Of a stretch of DNA of 64,000 bases, positions 14,700-27,509 are shown one piece after another (the first letter of the stretch is position 1; each line of letters opens with the position of its first letter). Under the pieces are notes generated by a model. It worked only from the letters and a program-made list of their open reading frames with translations. It did no database searches and was not told the origin of the DNA. Source of the stretch: Octopus vulgaris. Its lineage: Eukaryota. The stretch is from positions 8,494,001-8,558,000 of the forward strand of contig OX597839.1 in the NCBI GenBank assembly GCA_951406725.2, given 5' to 3'. The translations under genes and the position numbers were made by a program.

Positions 14700-15000
14700 C
14701 ATCTGTGAACGCATGGAAAACGAACCTCCACCAACTAATCTGCCTGTATGCCTGTGCACACCTTTGAATGCAGTATATGCCAGAAGGTTTGCACATCCAA
14801 CAGAGGCCTCAAGAGACATTTTAAGATCCACAAAGAGCAGAACTTATCTGTAGCTCTTGGTGGTCCAAATCGGAGGTGCTGGTCTTTTCAGAACAATGTC
14901 TGGTTTAAAAAGTTAAAAAGCCATATCAGTTACCATGATGATGCTTAGGTGTAGATATAGAAAGTGGTCAAGCTCTGCATAAGGAGTAGACAACCACCAC
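14700..15000 (+). pseudogene. Decayed C2H2-finger coding fragment, probably the 3' end of an RTE-like LINE
   Basis: FECSICQKVCTSNRGLKRHFKIH in ORF 14748-14948, then a frameshifted second finger (SFRTMSGLK), a short 3' UTR and a (CAC)n end, all between (TA)n tracts. Confidence 0.5.
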
Positions 15001-15045
<45 letters not shown>

Positions 15046-15048
<3 letters not shown>

Positions 15049-15240
15049 AGAGTTTACAAAAAAAAACAAAAGACGAAGGCAGGTGGTGTACAAAACAAAC
15101 AGCTGTATTAGTATAACGCTCAGGAACAGAAAAAGTCTTTTACGTTTCGAGCCTACGCTCTTCTACAGAAAGGGACACAGAAAAATCAAGGAACGAGAAA
15201 AAAAGAGAGAAAAAATGTATGTAGTTGCTAGGGAGCTATC

Positions 15241-15242
<2 letters not shown>
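15046..15242 (-). mobile_element. Family P2 element (Penelope-like terminal-repeat fragment) abutting (TA)n
   Basis: A closely similar copy lies at 47706-47905; contains an HHR-like motif on the minus strand. Confidence 0.6.
15135..15176 (-). ncRNA. Hammerhead-like motif with variant core CUGUAGA
   Basis: Minus strand: CTTT-CTGTAGA-A-GAGC-GTAG-GCTC-GAAA-C-GTA-AAAG. Stem I CTTT/AAAG, stem II GAGC/GCTC, palindromic ACGT stem III. Confidence 0.55.
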
Positions 15243-15287
<45 letters not shown>

Positions 15288-15475
15288 CGTGTGCGTGCGT
15301 GCGTGTGTATGTGTCTGTGTGTGTGGTAAAATAAGCAATAGAAAGTCTTTGGTGCAGTATTATATATCTGAAGAAATGAATAGCAACAACTTTTCTGATA
15401 ATTTTTCATTTGTGTTTATAAATGTTTAACTATTAAAATGAAAAAAAAATTATCGCAAAAGCCGTTCCTATTTTT

Positions 15476-15509
<34 letters not shown>

Positions 15510-15512
15510 TAA

Positions 15513-15593
<81 letters not shown>

Positions 15594-15629
15594 GACAGAC
15601 AAACAGACAGATGCGGACTGACAGACAGA

Positions 15630-15897
15630 GAGATGACTCGGCTCTACGTAACTCAGAGTATCATAGGAGCAAGTATGCGTCTACATCTCGAGGAAGACAG
15701 ATAGATTAAAGAGGATTGAAAGGTTCAAAGATGGCTACACCAATTCATTCCTTTAATGTTAACTGAGCAACGAAAACGTCCTCCAAGAAGCCATATTTAG
15801 ATCATTTCCCCTCTTAGTCTATGCGTTTGAAGATATAGATGCACGTAGACGCATATATAGGCTTACGAATCTGAGTAATATGGAACTCAGTCAACTC
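15630..15897. mobile_element. Old fold-back (MITE-like) element
   Basis: Degenerate long inverted arms: TATGCGTCTAC/GTAGACGCATA is exact; ATAGATTAAAGAGG and AAAGATGGCT are partially mirrored. Confidence 0.5.
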
Positions 15898-15940
15898 GTT
15901 CCTAACTACATGCATCTACATATGTATATATACATACGTA

Positions 15941-15976
<36 letters not shown>

Positions 15977-15982
15977 CATACG

Positions 15983-16069
<87 letters not shown>

Positions 16070-16237
16070 GTATATATATATATACGTATATATATATACA
16101 TACATACGTATATATATATATACATACATACGTATATATATATATATACATACGTATATATATATATACATAAATACGTATATATATATATACATACATA
16201 CGTATATATATATATATATACATACATATATATATAC

Positions 16238-16278
<41 letters not shown>

Positions 16279-16784
16279 CATACATATATGTATATGTATA
16301 CATACATACATACATATATGTATATGTATATGTATGTATGCTTGCATGTATGTCAGTATGTGTCTATATAGATCTAAGTATATAGTTGCGTATATGCGTG
16401 CATGCGTATAAGTACGAGAACTGTTTCTCTTTTCCTATACACGTAGATTTATACAAACTTTCCATATTGAAAAATAAACACTAATCCATCTCTGCTAAGT
16501 GCATTTTATTCTTATTGACTTCATTCATGCTTTCCCCATCCGTTTATTTTTCAAATTGCCCTTTTCTCATTTTGTACTTGTTTTTCCCCTGAAGTCGACA
16601 GTTCGACATTACATACATACCCGCATTCACAAGTACATACTTACACGCACATGTGAATATATGTGCCTGTGTTTGTGTGTGTGCGCCTATATATATATAT
16701 ATAATATATATATATATGTATATGTATATATGTATATGTATGTATAATATATATATATGTATATGTATGTATGTATATACATAC

Positions 16785-16816
<32 letters not shown>

Positions 16817-16849
16817 ATACATACATATATATATATGTGTGTATATACA

Positions 16850-17778
16850 CATTCAGATGTATGCATATTTGTATATATACATGTATATACAAGCAAACAT
16901 ATGCATGCATACATAACCATATACATGTATACACATACAAATGCATACATGAATATACATGTTTATACATATGTATACAAATGTATGCATATCCATAAAT
17001 GTTTATACATACATATGTATACAAATGTATGCGTATATATACATGCATATGTATACATGTTTATGGATATTATTATGTGTGAGTGTGTGTGTGTGTGCAC
17101 CTATATATATGTATGTATTATATACACACATATATCAATATGTATGTATATACACATATTCACATGTATGCATACTTGAACATATATATATATATGTATA
17201 TATACATGTATATACAAACATATGCATACGTACATATTCATATACATGTATAGACATACATATGCATACACGCATATACATGTTTATACATATGTATAAA
17301 AATGTATGCATATGTATACATGTTTATACATACATATGTATACAAATGTACACGCATATGTATACATGTACATGCATATGTATACATGTTCATGGATGTT
17401 ATTATGTGTGAGTGTGTGTGTGTACACCTATATATATGTATGTAATATATACACACATATATCGATATGTATGTATAAACACATATTTACATGTATGCAT
17501 ACATGGATATATATATGTATATATACATGTATATACAAACATATGCATGTTTACATATTCATATACATGTATACACATACATATGCATACATGCATATAC
17601 ATGTTTATACATATGCATACAAATGTATGCATATATGGATATATATATGTATATATACATGTATATACAAACAAATGCATGCTTACATATTCATATACCT
17701 GTATACACATACATATGCATGTTTATACATATGTATAAAAATGTATGCATATGTATACATGTCTATGGATATTATTAT

Positions 17779-17780
<2 letters not shown>
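16850..17780. repeat. Higher-order repeat built from degenerate TA/CA/TG microsatellite
   Basis: The landmark ATGGAT(A/G)TTATTAT recurs at about 17063, 17392 and 17765 with collinear flanks. Confidence 0.75.
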
Positions 17781-17841
<61 letters not shown>

Positions 17842-18319
17842 TAGAACCTATCAGAGTTAATCTAACATAACATAACACCAAGACTGAGTGAGAGATAGGG
17901 ATGGAACGAGAGAGATGAGGGCGGGAGAGAGAGAGAGAGAGAGAGAGAAAGAAGACAGTGCTATCAACAAAACAGAATCAGATATAAAAACAACAACTAT
18001 TGAATATATAAACAATAGGAACAACAACGTTGAAAACAACATCAATACGAACGACTTTGACAACATCATCGTCAAATATAACAACAGCAAAAACAACAAT
18101 GGCTGCCATAAAAATCTCCAGCGATTGTCAACAAGAAACGTAATGTCAGTTGATTGCTACGTAATGGGGGCCTAGAAATGTGTTTGTACGTGGAGTGTGC
18201 CGAGCGAGATTAATGATTACGACACAACATAAAACTGATATCTTCGTTCTTAGATCGCACGGTTTTATTCACCCTGCTGAATATGAGCTTGCATATTGAT
18301 ACATCAATCATTCTATCTA

Positions 18320-18358
<39 letters not shown>

Positions 18359-18362
18359 ATCC

Positions 18363-18398
<36 letters not shown>

Positions 18399-18567
18399 GT
18401 TTATCTATTAAAATAGATACAGCGATAGATAGATATATAGAAGGATATATAGATATAGATAGGATAGATAGAAGGATAGATATATATAGATAGGATAGAT
18501 AGATATAGATAGGATAGATAGAAGGATAGATAGATATAGATAGGATAGATAGAAGGATAGATAGAAG

Positions 18568-18627
<60 letters not shown>

Positions 18628-18806
18628 TGTTTCTTTATTAGCCACACAGGGCTGCACACAGACAGGACAAATTAAAAGGTAGAGCTTTTCTTTTGGGAGT
18701 AAAAAAAAAGGGGGTTTGGTTTTCGATCAAAAGGGATCGTAAAGGGAAAGAAAGAGGACAAAAAAGGGGGGGGATAAATTTTGTTAAAAAAAGGGGGAGA
18801 GAGGAA

Positions 18807-18875
<69 letters not shown>

Positions 18876-19464
18876 CGGACAGACAGATATAGATAGAGAG
18901 AGAGAGAGAGAGTGAGAGAAAGAGAGAAGGATAGATAGATGGATGTGAACGACTCTTTAACGATACACGATAAATTATCTTTCTAGCTGGGACAGCTTAA
19001 ATTTCAGGTGGGGACGCAAGAGCTGCACTTCTTCCGTCCCTTCTTCTTCTTCTTCTTCTTCTTCTTCTTCTTCCAATCAAGACTCATGCCATTAGCCACA
19101 AAGAATAATCTCTAATTGGAGTCTACCCTAAGCTACTTAGAATGCGTGCGGCAACTTGAAGATAGACTGGCGGTTGCACGGGCGCGAAAACGACGTTGTT
19201 ATGCTCATTCCGTAAACGGTGGCTTTTAACGGGTGGAGTGCTGAACCATCCTGGGGTACAGAGGATTCGCAATCTAGACTAGGGTCTGAAAGTTTACCAC
19301 ACCATAGTGGGTTACACCATGGTTCCTCTGCTTTGTGGTACTGCTGTCGTCGCTTTCGTCGCCTCTGTCACAACCGCCATTCTTTTGTGGTTGCTAAAGC
19401 TTAAAATCCATATCAAAAGAAACTGATTCAGTACATACCAATAGGAGAAGTCTATGCTCCCTAA

Positions 19465-19847
19465 GCAAGAAGAAGACTAGCAAGAAGAAGACTAGCAAGA
19501 AGAAGACTAGCAAGAAGAAGAAGAAGAAGAAGAAGAAGAAGAAGAAGAAGAAGAAGAAGAAGAAGAAGAAAGAGAAGTAGAACAAAAAGAAGAGGAAGAA
19601 AGGGGGACAAAAAGGAGAAGAAGAAGAAGAAGAAGAAGAAGAAGAAGAAGAAGAAGAAGAAGAAAGAGAAGTAGAATAAAAAGAAGAGGAAGAAAGGGGG
19701 ACAAAAAGGAGAAGAAGAAGAAGAAGAAGAAGAAGAAGAAGAAGAAGAAGAAAAGAAGAGAAGAAAGAGAAGTAGAAAAAGAAGAAGAAGAAGAAGAAGA
19801 AGAAGAAGAAGAAGAAGAAGAGAGAAGAAGAAAAGAAGTAGAATAAA

Positions 19848-19878
<31 letters not shown>

Positions 19879-19919
19879 AGAAGAAGAAAGAGAAAGAGAA
19901 GAAAGAGAAGTAGAATAAA

Positions 19920-19950
<31 letters not shown>

Positions 19951-19995
19951 AGAAGAAGAAGAAGAAGAAGAAGAAGAAGAAGAAGAAGAAGAAGA
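19465..19995. repeat. (GAA)n polypurine tract with higher-order units
   Basis: GAA runs are separated by recurring AAAGAGAAGTAGAATAAAAAGAAGAGG blocks. Confidence 0.97.
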
Positions 19996-20508
19996 GTAAC
20001 GATGATAAAAAAATTAAATTCATAATTTTATTCGGAATAAAAGAATATCGATACTGCAGATGACGAAGATTGGCAGTGAATCTGAAACGTCATATGCGAC
20101 CACGACGACGATGGCTGCAGAGATAATTATAAATAAATAAATAAATAAATAAATGAATAAATAAATAAATAAAAAACTGAATAAATAAGTGATTAGTTGA
20201 TAAGAAACACAATGAGAAGGAAAGAAGTGAAACGAATAATAGCTGAATAAAATGATTTTCTATTTATCAAATATGAATTTTAAGCCCATATAATATAGAT
20301 ATGTAAAATATGCAACGGGGACCAGGAAAAGGGGTTATTTAACGGTAGCAGGCAGGTAATAGACTACAGGCTCCATTAAAAAACATGTTTATATTAGGTC
20401 TCAACTTATCAAGGGTTTTTTTTTTTATATTTTCAATGGAATGAATGAAATGTATTGAATAAAATGAGAATAAAATGAAAATCGTATTTTCAAACACAAC
20501 AGTAAAGG

Positions 20509-20832
20509 ATTAATATACTTGAGATTGGTGGAAGGTTTGTGGTATGGGAAGTATGAGTTATTTTGCAAATTAAGAGTAATATCTAAGAAGTTAGCTTTAG
20601 TTAACTCATCGTCAAGAACGATGTGAAAGCCCATTCTACGAAAAAAACCTAACTAATCTATTCATAACCTTCTGTATTTTTTGATTGAAAATATTTTGGA
20701 GGTAAAGCAAACCATCATCACGATATAGACCTCCATAGATGTCTGGGAACTGGTCGGCCATTTCATGAAGTACATATATGCCAACTAATCCGCAATTTGA
20801 GCGGAATCTGAACTTCCCATTAGGACATCGAA
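20509..20832 (-). pseudogene. Penelope-like element reverse transcriptase fragment (frameshifted)
   Basis: Manual translation across two frameshifts: FDVLMGSSDSAQIAD/LVGIYVLHEMADQFPDIYGGLYRDDGLLYLQNIFNQKIQKVMNRLVRFF/RRMGFHIVLDDELTKANFLDITLNLQNNSYFPYHKPSTNLKYIN. The MGS, YRDD, FLD and YxKP motifs are typical of PLE RT. Confidence 0.85.
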
Positions 20833-21228
20833 CGCAAGAGAAACAACAATTAGAAGGACAGCCAAAAAAGACGGGTCATTTTTGGCTTTCTTTCTTCAGT
20901 CAAGTACCAGAAGTCACGACCATTTCGGACAGTTAAACTTGAGATGGTTCAATCTGGTTGTCCCCAAAAAAGCCTATGTTAGCGAATGTGTACGGCAACA
21001 AAGATTTAAAAAAAACAAAAAAAAACGGAGAACATAGTACAGAATTACGAATACAAACAACAAGAAATAACAACAGGCGTCTTTCAACTGAGAACTATTC
21101 AAATTGAGCTGGCGTGTATGAAGTGAAAGCCTAAAAGCAGGAACATGGGAGATGGACACAAGACGCGTTGACGGTCGGCAGTCAGGCCAAGAAAGAAAGA
21201 TCATGGCTAGCCGGACACCGTCATTGTA

Positions 21229-22473
21229 TTAGGTCGTCAAGTATGAAATTTTTAGAAAAGAAAAAATAGTTTGTTACTGTTTTATAAATACAAGGAATAG
21301 TTTTATTCATCAAAGTATGCACCCATATTATCAATACACTTTTGCCATTTCAGCGGTAGCTTGTCCAGCCCGGAACTGTCAAAGCCTGGCAATCTAGAGT
21401 CAATAAAATCTTGGAAGACCTGTTTTACAGCATCGTCGGAATTAAATTTTTTTCCTGTCAGAAAGTTATCCAAATTCTGGAAGAAGTTGTAGTCAGCGGG
21501 GGAAAGATCAGGTGATCCGATGGAGAACTTCCAACCCCTGTAGCTTCGCCAATATCATTTTTGCGATATGTGGTCTGGCGTTGTATTGCAATGAAATAGG
21601 AGTGGATCTGATGACTAATCTAGGCTGTTTTATTTTTGTAAGTTTCTGCATCATTTGGTCCAGTTGGCTGCAGTATACTTCTGATGAGCCAGATTTAATG
21701 AAATAATAATGGATCATACCTGCGCCTGACCGCTAAACACACATCTTCTTTTGATGAATTTTGCTTTTTGGACTGTGTTTTGATCGTTCCTCTTTGTCCA
21801 ACCATTGTTCTGAACGTTAACGGTTGTTGTAATGGATCCATTTCTCATCACATGTTACAATTCAATTCAAAAATGAATCATTTTTGAGACGAGAAGTAGC
21901 ATAATGCAGGCTTCTGTTTCTGATTTTCATTGAGCGCATATTGAACCCATTTATCCAACTTCTTCACTTTACAGATTTGAACTAGGTGAGTCAATATTGT
22001 TTGCTTGCTAACACCAAACAACAACGATAACTCACGGGCACTTTGAGATGGATCTGACTCGATGATGGCTTTCAGTTGGTCATTATCCACTTTTGTTTCT
22101 TGCCGACCGCGTTGCTCATTTGTGAGGTAAAAGTTACCAGAACGAAATTTTGCAAACCAATTTGATACTGTCTGCTGTGTAATAACAATAGAATTAAACA
22201 CTCCATTAATATTCTGAGCTGTCTGTGATGTTGTATTTTCAAGCAAGAACTCGCTTTTCAAAACTGTACAAATTTCCGACTTATCCATCTCCAAACAAAA
22301 ATAGCAAAAAGCGATTTATAAATACTTTATAAAGCGCAAAATGAGCTAGAATAAGGAAATAGACGTGTCAGCTTTCTAACAAAATATAAAGATTATCAAA
22401 TATAATAATAAAAATGAGCAGCTGTCAAACTTTACCATTTACCAGACAACAAATTTCATACTTGACGACCTAA
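21229..22473 (-). mobile_element. Full-length mariner (Tc1/mariner) DNA transposon, inactive
   Basis: Perfect 23-bp TIR TTAGGTCGTCAAGTATGAAATTT at both ends, TA TSDs (21227-21228, 22474-22475), length 1245 bp. Confidence 0.95.
21303..22288 (-). pseudogene. Mariner transposase pseudogene
   Basis: N-terminal HTH region (MDKSEICTVLK...WFAKFRSG), WVQY (WVPHEL-like), CDEKWIHY, QYNARPH (catalytic Asp lost) and PDLSPADY; several frameshifts. Confidence 0.92.
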
Positions 22474-22941
22474 TACATCAACTTGCCTAACTTGCTTATC
22501 CTTTATATATATTATCTCTTACACTGCATGTTTTGAAATAATGTGGTTCCTTGATCAAAACCCCCGTTTCTAATATTGCAGTTATGACTTCATCCACCCA
22601 AACAAATTTGTTTGAATGAACAGTATTCCTAGTGGTCAGTAACAGCATTTTGTATTTGTGTGTGTGTGTGTGTGTCTGCCGACAGTCATTTTTGTGTGTC
22701 TTTGACTGCGTCTTTCGTGTTTATGTGAATGCCATGTGTGTGTGTGTGTACGTGCATGTGTGTAAACGCATTTGTGTATGCATATATGTAGGTTTCTCAT
22801 GTGCATATGCAGCTGACTGCATGTGTTTCGGTCGTGTATCTATGAGCGTGGACCTGCCGTGAGTCGGTGCCTGCGTTTTTAATGTATGTGTATTCGTACG
22901 CCCATGTACGCGTCCATGTTAATATACGAGTGTGTGTGTGT

Positions 22942-22981
<40 letters not shown>

Positions 22982-23768
22982 GACAGACAGACATAGACAG
23001 ACAGACAGAGGAAGAGAGTATAAATATCCGTGTGCATAAAAGCATTTGTCTGTTGTTACAAGAGAATAAGTTATAAAGATAACTTTTAAGAGATACGTTG
23101 GATGAGCGACAAAAGAAATGTAAGAATAAGAAGCCGAGGTAGAACCAGGGAAAGTGTGTATTATTGCAGAATTCAGTGTGTGTAGAGCAAAGTTTATTGA
23201 TTGAGACTCTGACAGCCAGTAAATCCGGATAATAAGCCAACAGCTACCAAAAACAATTAGTAGATAAGTCACTGGAAGCGAAAAATCTTAAAATACTATC
23301 GAACCGAACGAATGACAAGATGGCTGAGAAAATATTTCAGAGAAGATGCCATTCCGTGTGAATCATGGCAAGAATTTTCTGAGAAAACAAATTGATTCAA
23401 TCTGATTCCTTCCTCTTGTCTTCTACTTCAGACTTAGAATTTGGTTAGTGCTTAGTGCTGCATTTTAGTACTTCAGATGACATGGGTCCGTTTGTTTGAG
23501 CTGTTGCTGGCTGTTTAGGTAAACAAAAGAAAAAAGGGTGTGTTTGTATGTGTTCTTCCTTCTTTGGGTGCGAATATGTTTGAATGTGAGTGCGTGGTTT
23601 TACGTGCGTGCATGTGTATGCACACACACACACACACACATGTATACATGCATATACATGTATACATGTATATATATATGTGTGTGTGTACATGTATATA
23701 TATATATATTTATACATGTATTGTGTGTATATGTATATACAAATATGTGTATACATGCATATATATGT

Positions 23769-23832
<64 letters not shown>

Positions 23833-24259
23833 ATGTATATATATATATCTATATATTTATACATGTATATACAAATATGTGTATACGTGCATATATATGA
23901 ACACATGCGTATGTGTATATATTTATATAGACAGTTATATGTATACACGTGCATGTATACATACATATGTATGTATATACAGTCATCACTATGTGTATGC
24001 ACATATTTATTACGTCTGCGTTCCAGGTCTAAGGGTATCGTATGAGGTACAATGTCATTCGTTTCGAATGAGATAACTTGACCCTAGAATTACCCATTGT
24101 GTCCATACTGAAGCGTGGGGAATGGGATCTGTTGTTGTTATTATTTAGCGACAAAATGACCGATGATGCATCGAACGGTGGCGTACTGACAGGACACCGG
24201 ATATGTTGTGTTATTTAAAGGTTCCAAAAGGCGGCGAACTGCGAGAATCGTTAGTTTTT

Positions 24260-24558
24260 TTTTTGTTTGTTTGTTCCTTCGACGAGACATGCCTGGCTCA
24301 TTAAGGGTGGTTTCCCGGTTTCCAGTTTCCATCTACCAAATCCACTCACAGGACCTTCGTCGGACCGAGGCAATAGTAGACACTTGCCCAAGATGCGATA
24401 CAGTGTGGTAAGTAGCTTGTTTACTAACCACATGGTTCCGGGTTCAGTCCCACTGCGTGGCAACTTAGGCAAGTGTCTTCTACTATAGCCTCGGGCTGAC
24501 CAAAGCCTTGTGAGTGGATTTGGTAGACGGAAACTGAAAGAAGCCCGTCGTATATATG

Positions 24559-24613
<55 letters not shown>

Positions 24614-24760
24614 TTGTGTGTCTGTGTTTGTCCCATCCAACATCGCTTGACAACCGATGCTGGTGTGTTTATGTCCCCGTAACTTAGCGGTTCGGTAAGA
24701 GGAGCCCGATAGAATAAGTACTAGGCTTACAAAAGAATAAGTCCCGGGGTCGAGTTGCTG
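24260..24760. mobile_element. SINE family B copy (+, 24404-24760) next to an inverted family B fragment fused to tail type iv
   Basis: 24260-24322 is the reverse complement of the tail seen at 25868-25930. Confidence 0.8.
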
Positions 24761-25419
24761 AATGAGTAAATGGGAGTGAGAATGAACCTGGAACTATGTG
24801 GTTGGCAAGCCAGCTTCTTACTAGACCGCCACGACTGGACCGGAGAAAAAAAACGGAAAACCTAGCAAGCATTTGTCGGTGGCTTAACGTCGACTGAAGC
24901 AGGATTTGCACGAAAGATTCTCATTACTGGCACAAATCTCTTACATATTGTTGGGTTAGGTTTCTAATCGATAATATCGATTCCTTACATAGCTGAAGGC
25001 CACAGATTTGAAAGCAGTTATTGTCGATTATATCGACACTAGCATAAAGCTCGTGTGTGTTTTTACGACTCCACCGGAAAGAAGAGTCGGTTCGGTTCAG
25101 AATGCATAAAGGGACGTAATTAAGGTACTTCGTTTCGTACTTTACCAGTTCTGCCATCAACCACCAGCTTTGAAGTATAAGAATAAAAATAATAGTTGCG
25201 AATTCTGACGCAGAGAACGGTGATCAACTTGTACTTATTTTATCGACCTTAAAAGGATGAAAGGCAAAGATGACATTGACGGTATTCGAATGCAAAGAAC
25301 AGGAAGAAAATGCCGCTAAGCATTTTAACGATTTCTAAAACAGACGAAATTGGGTCATGATTTATCTAATTCGTCCGCAAGCCTATGGATACATAATAAT
25401 ACTCAAGTTTCTAAGTAAT

Positions 25420-25551
25420 CACAAAGATGTGCACGACCACCCTTGGACGGTTTTGAATGACCATAGAAAGTGCGAGCCCTCTAACTGAAAAATTGTGGAT
25501 TTGTATAAAGGACACACACAGACAGACATTTTGCCGTTTATGTATAGAGAT
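25420..25551 (+). mobile_element. Possible Helitron/Helentron-derived non-autonomous fragment
   Basis: Ends in ACACACACAGACAGACATTTTGCCGTTTATGTATAGAGAT, resembling DINE/HINE-type termini. Pattern recognition only. Confidence 0.35.
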
Positions 25552-25636
25552 AATATAATATATATGTAAGTGAACTGACGAAAACAGGTTAACTCAGCTT
25601 CACATTTCTTATTTCCTTAGGTGCAGATAAGCAGCT

Positions 25637-25933
25637 GTGTGGAGGCACATGGCCTAGTGGTTAGAGCAGCGGACTCGCGGTCGAGGAATCGCGGGTTCGA
25701 ATCTCAGACAGGGCGAAACACCTAAGCTCCATGCGGCTCCGGCAGAAGGTAATGGCAAACTTCTGCTGACTCTTTCGTCACAACTTTCTCTCACTCTTTC
25801 CTCCTGCATCTTACAGCTCACCTGCGACGGACCGACGTCCCGTCCAGGTGGGGAACCTATACGCCAAGGAAACCGGGAAACCGGCCCTTATGAGCCAGGC
25901 ATGGCTCGAGAAGGAATAAACAACAACAAACAA
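25637..25933 (+). mobile_element. SINE family C-related element with tail type iv and 13-bp TSD
   Basis: A box TGGCCTAGTGG, B box GGTTCGAATCT, V-domain-like CTGCGACGGACCGACGTCCCGTCCAGG, (AAC)n end; TSD CAGATAAGCAGCT (25624-25636, 25934-25946). Confidence 0.9.
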
Positions 25934-26269
25934 CAGATAAGCAGCTATATATTCTGATGCTTAGAGTTACTGTGTATGTGGATATGTGGATATGTGTGTG
26001 TGTGAGAGCGCAAATTATATACATATACACCGACGCCGTACGCAGGGTTTTCCAAGAATTTCTGCCTTCAGTCGTAAAACAACGCATCCCGACAAACTAA
26101 CACATACACACACATCCTGGAACATTGATGCACATTCACGAAACACTTGTCTCACAAAAATTCAATTCTTTGTTATTGTTCCATCGTGACACGAAGTCTT
26201 TTGGTCGGATTGCCTTCTTCCTTTATCCCCACCTCCCTCTCTTCCACCACTACTTTCAAATGTAGCTTC

Positions 26270-26399
26270 ACCACCACCATCACCACACTTCCACTATAAC
26301 TGCCACACAAACCACCGCAGCTGCCGCCGGCGCCGCCGCCGCCACCACCACCACCACCACCACCATCATCATCACCATCACCATCACCATCATCACCAC

Positions 26400-26491
<92 letters not shown>

Positions 26492-27135
26492 CTACCACCA
26501 CCGCCAAATCTAGCTCCACCACCACCACCCATCTCTGGCTTTACCCCCCCCCCCCTGCTACTAATAACAACACCAGTTATGCCTTTACCACCCCCTACTG
26601 CTACCACATCCATTACTGCATCCACTATTACCACCACCACCACTACCGTCACTACCGTCTTTATCTCCACCGTCCTTACTACAAACATCCCCACCACCAC
26701 AAACACCAATAGGCGCCCATCCTACCATGACACCCGCCTCGTTACCATCACACTCTCTAACTCAACCGCCACCACACCCAGCATAGTGCACCACCCCTCC
26801 AATACTTTTAATGCTTTCCTCACCACCACCACCACCACCCTCTTTCTACTAAGCTTTCATCACCGTCATCATCACTATCATCATCACCATCACAACCAAT
26901 ACCCATCCCCGCCTTGTCACCGACTCCACCCCCACCAATATTTCACCACCACCACCACCACTACCATGGTCAAACAACTGAATAAAATGAAGTTGACGTT
27001 TACGATATGTTGTAAAATAAAATCAATCCCCTTCCTCCTCCTGACCATCCTCATCATCATCACCACTGCTATTATCACCACCGCATCACTATCGGCATCA
27101 TCATCATCGACATCATTACCACCATCATCAGTATC
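26270..27135. repeat. (CAC)n/(CAT)n/(CCG)n trinucleotide low-complexity region
   Basis: Direct reading. Confidence 0.95.
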
Positions 27136-27145
27136 AGCAGTAACA

Positions 27146-27509
27146 GAAGGCGCAATGGCCCAGTGGTTAGGGCAGCGGACTCGCGGTCGGAAGATCGCGG
27201 TTTCGATTCCCAGACCGGGCGTTGTGTGTGTTTATTGAGCGAAAACACCTAAAGCTCCACGGGGGTGGTGGCGACCCCTGTTGTACTCTTTCGCCCCAAC
27301 TTTCACTCTTTTTTCCTGTTTCTTGTCCCCGACTTCCTATGCAACCGCTGAGCCTGGATGCGCATTCATCCATCCGTCGATGCTCTCGGTGTCGGGGGTT
27401 GACCTGCTTTCTCTTCTGCGGGTCGTACGAATAGCAAAGGACCACGAGGGGCAATCTTGCGAGCTCTGGGACGAAGACTGCTTCGCTCAACAAACAAACA
27501 AACAAACAG
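27146..27509 (+). mobile_element. SINE family C with tail type ii and 13-bp TSD
   Basis: tRNA-like head and (CAAA)n end; TSD ATCAGCAGTAACA (27133-27145, 27510-27522). Confidence 0.92.

Noticed and set aside
21878-22294. Functional transposase or SETMAR-like host gene
   Set aside because: Frameshifted, catalytic Asp replaced, bounded by TIRs, and no SET domain.
26173-27238. Poly-Asp/Gly and Thr/His-rich ORFs
   Set aside because: Trinucleotide low-complexity sequence running into a SINE; no splice or domain evidence.
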